NCBI GenBank assembly: GCA_030141605.1
Contig: JAQGDQ010000270.1
Coordinates: 194,284 to 201,711 of the forward strand
Reading direction: 5' to 3'
From: Tubiluchus corallicola
Taxonomy: Eukaryota; Animalia; Priapulida
Length of the DNA: 7,428 nt
The notes beneath the pieces were generated by a model. That model did not search any database. It was given only the letters and a program-made list of their open reading frames with translations, and was not told where the DNA came from. Shown piece after piece: positions 1-7,192 of this stretch. Position numbers and translations under genes: made by a program. Every line of letters begins with the position of its first letter. Positions within the stretch are counted from its first letter, which is position 1.

Positions 1-1057
1 CCACCATTTATACTCAAAGTTCCTTTTTTCGAATAAAACTTTAAATTGTTTATTGTAAATATTCTTCTTTTATCAGTTGATACGTTTCCGTTGTATGTAA
101 ATTGCTCATTGTAACCATTAAATTGCTCATTAATAAAATAATTGTAAGAATTAAATTCAACTTTTTTACCAATTTTTGTATAAAAATTGAATCCTGCATC
201 TTTTGTGTAGAAGTTTTTAATATCTGGCAGTTTTTCTTTTTGAATATCAACAAAAGCATCGGAAAATTGGTAGTTTCCATAAACCTGAATAAATGAAATA
301 TCCTTTTTAATTTTTTGAGAGATAAAGAAACCTGCACTTGCCAAACTTGCGGAAAGTTGTACTTGATTTGATTCCAAATTTTTTATGGTTTGTATTTCTA
401 CTAATCCGGCACTTGTATTTCCATAAGTTAAAGGCGGATTGCTTGCATAAACATATTGTTTGTTGATTATTTCCGTATTAAACAGACTAAAAAAGCCCTG
501 ATTAGTTAGATTACTTGCTCTTATAGGCTTATAAATTGGGACACCATTTAATATAACTCTTGTCCTGTCAGGTGACTTCCCCTTAAAGATACATTTGCAG
601 TTTCGTCTGTGGTTGTTGATGCAGGTAAAATGGTAATCGCTTTTAAAGGGTCGCCTTGTGATACAGGGTTAAGATAAACATCCATTTTCTTCATTTTTAC
701 CACGGAAAATTGTTCAGAAATGGGGTCTTGTGCTGTAATAATAACTTCTTCTAATGTTTGAGCATTTTCTTTTAAGATAACACTTACTGGCTTAGTAATA
801 TCAATATCTGAGATAAGAACTTCCTTTGTATGATACCCAATAAACGATACAATTAATGTGTCTTTTAAATCAGTAATATTTAAACTGAAATTTCCGTCAA
901 AGTCAGATGTTACACCATTTTGAGGAACAGACTTTAAATACACATTTGCAGCAAAGATTGGTTCTCCTTTTCTATCTTTGACGATACCTTTTATTTTTGA
1001 CTGTGCAAAAGAGACCAGAGAAAACAACAATAAAACTATTGAAAGATTAAATTTCAT
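1..1057 (-). pseudogene. TonB-dependent receptor (signal peptide, CarboxypepD_reg-like N-terminal domain, plug, start of barrel), frameshifted near 574-575, runs off the left edge
   Basis: ORF 548..1057: signal peptide MKFNLSIVLLLFSLVSFA-Q, then IKGIVKD..GEPIFAANV..GVTSDFDGNF..VSFIGY..LEEVII (typical N-terminus of Bacteroidota TBDRs) up to ANVSLRGS. My manual translation of another frame from 572 continues PDRTRVILNGVPIYKP..GFFSLFNTEII..YGNTSAGLVEIQT (plug motif) and stays open to base 1. Real mutation versus sequencing error cannot be decided. Confidence 0.85.
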
Positions 1058-1855
1058 TTATTTCCCTACTAATTTTGATGCCAATTGATTGATTGTATAG
1101 CTCGCGGGAAACTCGTTAATTCCTTTCTGAAAGTACTTTTTTGCTAAATTCCAGTTCTCATTTTTGATGTATAATTTGATAAGCATTTCATAAGATTCTT
1201 CCTTGCCCCAAGATGGCAAATACTCATTTTTTACTTTCTGAGCGGGTAAAGAAATTGCTTTTACCAAATATTTTTCGACTTCTTTTCCTCCTCCATATTT
1301 TTCGGGAGTGTGAAAATCGTTACTTGCATAAACATAATACGCCCTGAGATTTGTTGTGTCAATTGCAATGGCTTGTTTTACATTTTTCTTTATATTTCCT
1401 GAAATAAACATCGCTTTCATTCCTTTAAATTGAATACCAATACCTTGTAGCCATGCGAGAAGTGCGTAATCTTCAGAATTTTTATTTTTCATTTCTTCTA
1501 ACCAATTAATTCCTTTGTCTATTTCTTGCTCAGCGATTTCTCTATCTCCATTTTCTAGATAATATATAGATGAATAGAATTGTAAATATGAACGCCAGTA
1601 AAGAATAAGGTTTTGTTTCTTTTCTTTATTCAACTCTTCTAATTCTTTACTTATTTTTAAAAGTGGTTTATTGTCTTTTGACATTAAACTTTGTACAAAA
1701 GCATTGTAAATTTTACTTTGAATTCCAACAAGTAAAGAATCCGTTTTTACTTGTTCTAATTGCACTTGGTAACTTACTGCCTCTGTATTCGCCATTTGAG
1801 TTGCATTTCCCTTGCAGGATACAAATAATAATGAAATAAATAATAATCGTATCAT
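1058..1855 (-). CDS. Putative lipoprotein with TPR-like helical repeats, partner of the TonB-dependent receptor
   Basis: 265 aa; N-terminus MIRLLFISLLFVS-C resembles a lipobox (Cys14); TPR-like segments (VKQAIAIDTTNLRAYYVYA, NWNLAKKYFQKGINEFP); its stop abuts the receptor ATG (TAAATG at 1060-1055). Confidence 0.75.
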   Translation of the reverse strand: MIRLLFISLLFVSCKGNATQMANTEAVSYQVQLEQVKTDSLLVGIQSKIYNAFVQSLMSKDNKPLLKISKELEELNKEKKQNLILYWRSYLQFYSSIYYLENGDREIAEQEIDKGINWLEEMKNKNSEDYALLAWLQGIGIQFKGMKAMFISGNIKKNVKQAIAIDTTNLRAYYVYASNDFHTPEKYGGGKEVEKYLVKAISLPAQKVKNEYLPSWGKEESYEMLIKLYIKNENWNLAKKYFQKGINEFPASYTINQLASKLVGK

Positions 1856-1873
1856 AATATTGAATTTTATAAA

Positions 1874-1894
1874 TTAGTTTACTAAATAAACTAA
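1874..1894. promoter_or_regulatory. Palindromic operator candidate TTAGTTTA-N5-TAAACTAA
   Basis: Perfect 8-bp inverted repeat with a 5-nt spacer in the gap between regulator and lipoprotein genes; near-identical motif at 2805-2823. Confidence 0.55.
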
Positions 1895-1908
1895 ATGATT
1901 AAATTTTT

Positions 1909-2190
1909 TTATTTTATATATTGTTTAATTACTTTTACATATTCTTCAAAAGCATCAATTCCTGTACTTGTAATCTCAACTGATGTATGCTGATAGTTGT
2001 TTAAAAATCCCTTAGTTATTCTTATGTATTTTTCTTTTTCTAATTTTTTAAGTTGTACACTAATATTACCCGATGTTGCATTTGTAATTTCTTTCAATTC
2101 ATTAAAATCAGATTTGCCATTACTCACTAAATAAGAAATAATGGCTAAGCGAAGCTGAGAATGTAATAATGGATTAAGATTTTTATACAT
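1909..2190 (-). CDS. Winged helix-turn-helix transcriptional regulator (ArsR/MarR-like, HTH_34 type)
   Basis: 93 aa: LNPLLHSQLRLAIISYL..DFNELKEITNATSGNISVQLKKLEKEKYI..K....T..ITSTGIDAFEEYV is the typical pattern of this small wHTH family; overlaps the upstream gene by 8 nt. Confidence 0.9.
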   Translation of the reverse strand: MYKNLNPLLHSQLRLAIISYLVSNGKSDFNELKEITNATSGNISVQLKKLEKEKYIRITKGFLNNYQHTSVEITSTGIDAFEEYVKVIKQYIK

Positions 2191-2767
2191 TTTCTTTTCT
2201 CTTATGTTGAAGCATTAGTATGATGCCAGGAATTAAAATGGCAACTATTGAAACTACTCCCATTAATAGCGGGTGGTATATCCATTCGAGATTAAAGCAA
2301 ATAAAAGCAGAAAGGTTAATAAAAATACCGGAAATGATTATCAGCTTACTTTTTATTGAAATACCGGAAATAATTGTGCCGATAGATAACAAAATTAGAA
2401 TAACAGGAATTAGGTTTTCTTTTAGAGCAGGAGCAAATAGAAATCCCAAAATCATAATATTAACCGAAATAGCAATCCAATTAAAAGAGACGATTCTACT
2501 TATTTGATTTTGTTTATTCTTTCCTTTCTTTTTCGAAAAATAATAACCTGAATATATTGCCCCAATTGGCATTAACAGGTAAGGATACCAGTTAATATCA
2601 TAATATTCTTTTTTTAGAAGTATAAATTGACTTATTGATGTAATTGCAATTAATATTCCCCAAAACATATAAATAAATCCATTTTCTTCAAATTTATTTC
2701 TGGCTTGGGTAATTATTTGAGTAATTAACTCAAAGCTTTTCTCAGGTGATAATTTATCTGTTTCCAT
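2183..2767 (-). CDS. Integral membrane protein (about 6 TM helices), unknown function
   Basis: About six hydrophobic segments; N-terminal LSPEKSFELITQII pattern; ATG at 2767 preferred over TTG at 2776; translationally coupled to the wHTH gene. Confidence 0.8.
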   Translation of the reverse strand: METDKLSPEKSFELITQIITQARNKFEENGFIYMFWGILIAITSISQFILLKKEYYDINWYPYLLMPIGAIYSGYYFSKKKGKNKQNQISRIVSFNWIAISVNIMILGFLFAPALKENLIPVILILLSIGTIISGISIKSKLIIISGIFINLSAFICFNLEWIYHPLLMGVVSIVAILIPGIILMLQHKRKENV

Positions 2768-2793
2768 AAATGACAAGTTTTAAAACTATTATG

Positions 2794-2824
2794 CAAATAT
2801 AAAGTAGTTTATTCTATAAACAAA
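2794..2824 (-). promoter_or_regulatory. Bacteroidota primary-sigma promoter (-33 TTTG / -7 TAnnTTTG)
   Basis: Minus strand: TTTG (2824-2821), 19-nt spacer, TATATTTG (2801-2794), ending 26 nt before the ATG at 2767; matches the established Bacteroides/Flavobacterium consensus. Confidence 0.8.
2805..2823. promoter_or_regulatory. Operator candidate TAGTTTA-N5-TAAACAA within the promoter spacer and -33 box
   Basis: Same half-sites and spacing as 1874-1894; position would occlude RNA polymerase. Confidence 0.55.
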
Positions 2825-2860
2825 ACAGAATTCATTTTTTAATGAGGATAAAGTAAATGT

Positions 2861-2904
2861 GTTGTGAATTTTTGTTTGGATTGTGTGTTGGCAAAATTCA
2901 CAAC
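2861..2904. repeat. 12-bp perfect inverted repeat (hairpin), possible terminator or insulator
   Basis: GTTGTGAATTTT (2861-2872) / AAAATTCACAAC (2893-2904), 20-nt loop, followed by TCTTTT on the plus strand. Confidence 0.55.
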
Positions 2905-2932
2905 TCTTTTGCTGTGCGTGGGACTACCTTGT

Positions 2933-3110
2933 GGCTAACGGCTAATGTATGAGTAGTAGCGGACTTAAAAGCGGTTTCGTTTCAAGTAGCTAGGTAGCCA
3001 AAGCTGCACCTTATCCAAATAGTCAAATCGACAGATTTGGCGGGGATGAATAGAGCTACTACCACCCGAATACCCACAGAAACCGCTATTACTCATACAT
3101 ATTGTTAGGG
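2933..3110 (-). repeat. attC-like recombination site A
   Basis: Plus strand: GGCTAAC, 5 nt, 18-bp arm ATGTATGAGTAGTAGCGG (2945-2962) ... CCGCTATTACTCATACAT (3083-3100), ATT, GTTAGGG; 17/18 paired plus one G:T; lies 4 nt from the sulfatase stop codon. Confidence 0.8.
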
Positions 3111-3114
3111 GGCG

Positions 3115-4500
3115 TTATTCTTGAACCGATTTTCTCAACTGAATAGCATAACTATTCATATAATTCCTGCCTGTGGCCGTCACCATAGTTTTTGCAATTT
3201 CCATTAAAGCATCGGCTTTTAAGAGGACTATTTCCTTGTCGTTTTTGTCTAGGGCAAGCAGATAATCTGTCAGTTGGACAGCCCATTGATAATCACCTTT
3301 TTTAATGGCCGCAAAAGAATTTTTTCGCAATTTATCTCTTCCGCCTGCCATTTTTGCCATTCTTTCGGCTTCCTCTTTTGGGGCAAGTTTGTTAAGGTTA
3401 ACAGGATTGCCGTCAAACCAACCTAGGTAACCCTCAAAAATAGCACGGACACCCCAGTCCACACGGCCGTAATATTCTTTCAAATAAGGTTGTGATGCCA
3501 AATGTTCGGGCAACTGTACATATTCCACCAGCTCATCGGGTGTCAGACCCTTGTTTATGCCCTCAATGGTTTTATCAAACACAAATTTTATAGCATCGTG
3601 GTAGTTGCCCAATGTTTCTTTCACCTCTTCTTTCCCTACAACGGGGCGGGTGTGCCCGGGCAGTAAATATTCCGCCCCTTCGTCCCGCATTTTACCGATG
3701 CTTTTATACCAATTTCGCACATCGCGATACTGCGAACCTCTGATTGTATAGAGATTGGGAAAGGATTTGTAATAGCTGTCGCCACAAAAAAGAACTTTTT
3801 GTTCGGGCAGCCAAACATACATATTATCATAGGTTTCACCTGTGGCAGCCACAAACTCAAATTTAACGCCGTCTATTTCTATTTGTTGACGCTCTTGGGT
3901 GAAAAAATGCGTGGGTTTAAGCGGTGTGTTTTTTCTCTTTTTATTGAAGATGGTATTTTTCTTATCTGGTTTTGGGGCAATCCCGTTATTGATGTGCAAC
4001 GAGTCGGGCAAAATAACTCCGGCTTGACGGCTGCCACGAACATTTGCGTAAGTCAACCCCGCCATTTTTCCTGCATTACTTTCTATTCCAAAACCTTTAT
4101 TCTCACCAAGCTCCGAACTTCTAACCCAAATCTGAGGATTGCTTCCTTCGTCAAGGAAAGGCTTAATGCCCGCAAAATGGTCGCCGTGTCCGTGCGTTAT
4201 GATGATTGCCTTTATGGGCTTGTCAGTAATTTCGCGAAACTTTAACCTCAACGCCTCCATACGTATCGGCGACATTCCTGCATCAATCAATATTATTCCG
4301 GTTTCGCCCTCAAGCATACCTATGTTACTGACTTCATAACCTACGGCAAACCATACATTTTTATCGAACTTGAATATTTTAGGGACAAACTCCTTGTTCT
4401 GTTCGTGCAAAAGTTGAGTTGCTTCGGTTTGTTGTTGTGCTTTCGTAGTTGTGGAAAAAGCTGCTATCAGCATTAATAATGTGAAGATTTTTGTTTTCAT
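3115..4500 (-). CDS. Secreted alkyl/aryl-sulfatase family protein (metallo-beta-lactamase fold, SdsA1/BDS1-like, with dimerization domain)
   Basis: THGHGDH (HxHxDH), GETYD, PNLYTIRG, LLPGH, YYGRVDW, YLGWFDGNPVNL motifs. Signal peptide MKTKIFTLLMLIAAFSTTTKA-Q supports the ATG at 4500 rather than 4551. Appears to lack the C-terminal SCP2-like domain. Confidence 0.9.
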   Translation of the reverse strand: MKTKIFTLLMLIAAFSTTTKAQQQTEATQLLHEQNKEFVPKIFKFDKNVWFAVGYEVSNIGMLEGETGIILIDAGMSPIRMEALRLKFREITDKPIKAIIITHGHGDHFAGIKPFLDEGSNPQIWVRSSELGENKGFGIESNAGKMAGLTYANVRGSRQAGVILPDSLHINNGIAPKPDKKNTIFNKKRKNTPLKPTHFFTQERQQIEIDGVKFEFVAATGETYDNMYVWLPEQKVLFCGDSYYKSFPNLYTIRGSQYRDVRNWYKSIGKMRDEGAEYLLPGHTRPVVGKEEVKETLGNYHDAIKFVFDKTIEGINKGLTPDELVEYVQLPEHLASQPYLKEYYGRVDWGVRAIFEGYLGWFDGNPVNLNKLAPKEEAERMAKMAGGRDKLRKNSFAAIKKGDYQWAVQLTDYLLALDKNDKEIVLLKADALMEIAKTMVTATGRNYMNSYAIQLRKSVQE

Positions 4501-4558
4501 CTTTGTTAATATATTTTTTGTTAAGACTTTCTTTGGCTGGTAGCATCTCATTTATGCC

Positions 4559-4679
4559 CCCTAACGTTGAGTATATGCAAAGTAGGCGATTGCGGGCTTC
4601 AAACTTATCAAACCGTTACAATTTTTAAGCGGGCTACAGTCCCTGAATTTACTACTATTTCGTATATACATTGTTACAG
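4559..4679 (-). repeat. attC-like recombination site B
   Basis: Plus strand: CCCTAAC, 5 nt, GTATATGCAAAGTAG (4571-4585) ... CTATTTCGTATATAC (4655-4669), ATT, GTTACAG; 12/15 paired, two G:T, one A:C. Confidence 0.7.
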
Positions 4680-4689
4680 GCTGGCGTTT

Positions 4690-5994
4690 TTAAAATGTCT
4701 TTATCTCTCCATTTTCTAACCAATCGGGAATTTCAAATCCATTAGCTTTTGGATGTTGTTGAAAAATTGTCCTTAAGGCACGAATTGATGAATAAGACTT
4801 ATTTATTAATTCTTTTTGTTTGTCTATATATTTTAAATCATAATCATTTTCACTAATCCGATGCGCTGGGTTTTGCCTTTCTCTACGAACCTTTTTTAAT
4901 GGTTTAAAAATATCATCTTTATCAGGGTGATTGTAAGTTAATAAAAGCCATTCCTCTAGCAGTCTTAGCGTTCCTTTTGGCTTTCTTTCAACCATATTGT
5001 CATCTATTTTCTCCAGGTCATATAGCTCAACCTTATCTTTGAAGAAGTCTTTATTTAGGTTGTCAGAAATCATTTTATCCAACAACATCACAAATTCATT
5101 ATAATTTTTCAATGTCGGTGTAAAGAAAAACGTGAAAGATTTTGGTCGATTTTCTTTATCAAAAGTCTTGTTAAAAAGGTTTATGTCAAAAATTAATTTC
5201 GATAAATCGTTCAAACAATTTAGCTCTCCAAGAAACGCAGAAAAAATAGAGTGAGAGAAAGTCCAATTTCCATTGATTATATTTTCGTGATACTCTTTTA
5301 GCATTTTGCAGTCTTCTGAAACTTCTTTACCTTGCCAATAAGATTGATGTTCAGGAGTTAGGTCTTTTAAATATCTCAAATAAACAACAGCAAGCCTATT
5401 ACCTTTAGAATCAAATCCTAATCCGAATGATTTAAGAAATACTTGGTCTTCCTCTCTCACACTGGGCTTATCATTATCATCGTATTTACAAGATATCCTT
5501 CCAGAATAATCCTCAAATTGAAAATCAAATCTTGGGTCATTAGCGTATCGTTCAAGAACCTCAATTTCAAAAAATCTTGGAGTCAAATGAGGATGTGCTA
5601 ATGCTAAGAGTTTAGTGTATTCCGCTGCCCCATATACACCAGTGTCTCTATTGGAATTTAAATAATCCTGCGATGGGTAAAGGCAGATTGGAAATTCTGT
5701 ATTTTCACTCGAAATAGTAATTTCTCCAAACTTTTCCTCTGTCACTGTTATTTTTTTGGCGTCTTCAAGTATTTTTAATTGGCTTTCAGTGGGATAGTGT
5801 TTAAATACAATTATGTGAGGATTTGTACTGGATTGAATGGAAATCGAATTCTCCTTAACTAATTCTTTGATAATATCAATTGAATCTTTATAGTCAATCT
5901 GGAATTCTTCAGATATATTCCGCAATGGAACACCATTAAAATCAGTCGATTTTACAAAAAAATCATAAACTCTATTTCTTATCTTTTCTTTCAA
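4690..5994 (-). CDS. Hypothetical protein, 434 aa, with C-terminal RxxxxH (HEPN-like) motif
   Basis: Long ORF filling the cassette, TTG start; no signal peptide, TM segment or Walker A seen; C-terminal helical region has KKVRRE-RQNPAH. Confidence 0.8.
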   Translation of the reverse strand: MKEKIRNRVYDFFVKSTDFNGVPLRNISEEFQIDYKDSIDIIKELVKENSISIQSSTNPHIIVFKHYPTESQLKILEDAKKITVTEEKFGEITISSENTEFPICLYPSQDYLNSNRDTGVYGAAEYTKLLALAHPHLTPRFFEIEVLERYANDPRFDFQFEDYSGRISCKYDDNDKPSVREEDQVFLKSFGLGFDSKGNRLAVVYLRYLKDLTPEHQSYWQGKEVSEDCKMLKEYHENIINGNWTFSHSIFSAFLGELNCLNDLSKLIFDINLFNKTFDKENRPKSFTFFFTPTLKNYNEFVMLLDKMISDNLNKDFFKDKVELYDLEKIDDNMVERKPKGTLRLLEEWLLLTYNHPDKDDIFKPLKKVRRERQNPAHRISENDYDLKYIDKQKELINKSYSSIRALRTIFQQHPKANGFEIPDWLENGEIKTF

Positions 5995-6029
5995 TCGTTT
6001 CTATTTTGCAGTTGGTTTCTTACGCTTGC

Positions 6030-6108
6030 CTGTAACGGTGAAGCTATGCGTAGTGTTTTTTGTGTTGCGCCTACGGCAAAAAACATTACGTATGAGCTAT
6101 TGTTGTGC
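6030..6108 (-). repeat. attC-like recombination site C (short)
   Basis: Plus strand: CTGTAAC, 5 nt, AGCTATGCGTAGTGTTTTTTG (6042-6062) ... CAAAAAACATTACGTAT-G-AGCT (6077-6098), ATT, GTTGTGC; 21-bp stem with two G:T and one extrahelical G (6094). Confidence 0.85.
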
Positions 6109-6120
6109 TTTCGTGCTTTT

Positions 6121-6957
6121 CTAACTCATTACTGTTACAAATTCTAAAAGTCTCAATCCAATTTCTTCTTCACCATTAATTTTAATAATTGATTTATATT
6201 TCTCCTTCTCTCGGTCAGTGTTTGTAAATATCTTCCAAGCAATATTATCAGGAAGTTCAACTGAAGTGTTTATCTGATTTTCTGAATTCCCAAGTAATAT
6301 CCACTTATCAGTTTGTCTTTCAATTATCCAGCTTTTATTAAGAATTCCTGTCAATCTAACTTGAACTCTATAACCGTTTTCATAGTCAGAAAAGTCTTTG
6401 TACAAGTGCGGAAGCCCACGCATAAAGGTATCATATAGTGGTTTCGAGAATTTAGGTTCCATTAAAATTGGTTTTCCTAAAGCTAATCTGATTTGCATTT
6501 GATGATGCCAAACTTCCGTATATTCTCTAGCAGTATCAAACCAGTTTAGCGACTCAGTTTCGCCAGCCCAATTAACTGGAAATATTGCTATTTCATTCGG
6601 GTCTAAAGTTCCTATAAACTCATTGAATTGATTCTCCGAATATTCCAATAAATCAATTAATATTTCAGGACTTAATCGACGGCTAATATTCATCCAATCA
6701 CTATTCAAAGTTTGAATATGATTTACTAAATCACCGTATGATTGAATATTGGGTGTATTAGTTTTATCTGCAAAATGGTCTCTCTGAATTGACAATTTTC
6801 TTAGTGAACCATCAATTATGTGCGAAACTAAATCTTTTACTGTTCTTCCTTCTATTGGCGATGGCTTTAACCAATCAGATTCATTCAAGCTACGTAAAAG
6901 CTTTAATAATTCATCTGTCAACTGTGGGAATAAGTGTATTGTTTCTATCTGTTTCAT
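6121..6957 (-). CDS. Maleylpyruvate isomerase N-terminal domain (MDMPI_N, DinB superfamily) protein
   Basis: LLRSLNESDW.KPS...RTVKDLVSHI and REYTEVWHHQMQIR metal-binding motifs of the DinB/MDMPI fold; 278 aa. Confidence 0.85.
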   Translation of the reverse strand: MKQIETIHLFPQLTDELLKLLRSLNESDWLKPSPIEGRTVKDLVSHIIDGSLRKLSIQRDHFADKTNTPNIQSYGDLVNHIQTLNSDWMNISRRLSPEILIDLLEYSENQFNEFIGTLDPNEIAIFPVNWAGETESLNWFDTAREYTEVWHHQMQIRLALGKPILMEPKFSKPLYDTFMRGLPHLYKDFSDYENGYRVQVRLTGILNKSWIIERQTDKWILLGNSENQINTSVELPDNIAWKIFTNTDREKEKYKSIIKINGEEEIGLRLLEFVTVMS

Positions 6958-6996
6958 TATTCTTTATTTGTTCTGACTGGACTCTTCTTGCATGAA

Positions 6997-7185
6997 GCAC
7001 AACGGTTTATGTAAGTGGAGTGCGGGATTGAAAGTGATGACCTTTCAATTACGCATGGAGCCAATTCGTTTATTCATATTCTCTTTTTATAGCCAAATCG
7101 TCAAAGACGAATTGGCGGTGTTGCAACGGAGAACTGCGGTTGGATTACCCGCTGAAACCCGCATTACATTTACATTTTGTTAGCA
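6997..7185 (-). repeat. attC-like recombination site D
   Basis: Plus strand: GCACAAC, 5 nt, ATGTAAGTGGAGTGCGGG (7009-7026) ... CCCGCATTACATTTACAT (7158-7175), TTT, GTTAGCA; 15/18 paired, two G:T, one mismatch. Confidence 0.8.
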
Positions 7186-7192
7186 GTTGTTT

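Noticed and set aside
98-131. 13-bp direct repeat TAAATTGCTCATT (98-110, 119-131)
   Set aside because: Two copies in frame within coding sequence (NEQF..NEQF); no array or target-duplication context.
50-337. ORFs 50..337 (-) and 102..296 (+)
   Set aside because: Off-frame or antisense shadows of the continued TonB receptor frame, which carries recognisable plug motifs.
2220-2507. 95-aa plus-strand ORF
   Set aside because: Antisense to the membrane protein gene; no recognisable features.
2776-2787. Palindrome AGTTTTAAAACT
   Set aside because: Short and AT-rich; spacing differs from the operator candidate; plausible by chance.
3636-4339. ORFs 3636..3860, 3799..4245, 4139..4339
   Set aside because: Nested in or antisense to the well-supported sulfatase gene.
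3115-4500. Metallo-beta-lactamase resistance gene
   Set aside because: HxHxDH plus alkyl-sulfatase motifs and 461-aa length indicate the sulfatase branch of the fold, not a B1-B3 beta-lactamase.
4690-5994. ATPase or integrase assignment
   Set aside because: No Walker A motif and no tyrosine recombinase R-H-R-Y catalytic pattern seen.
2933-7185. CRISPR array, plain terminators or IS/MITE ends as explanation of the spacers
   Set aside because: Repeats are not identical or regularly spaced, no transposase or target duplications are seen, and none of these explains end complementarity across the genes.
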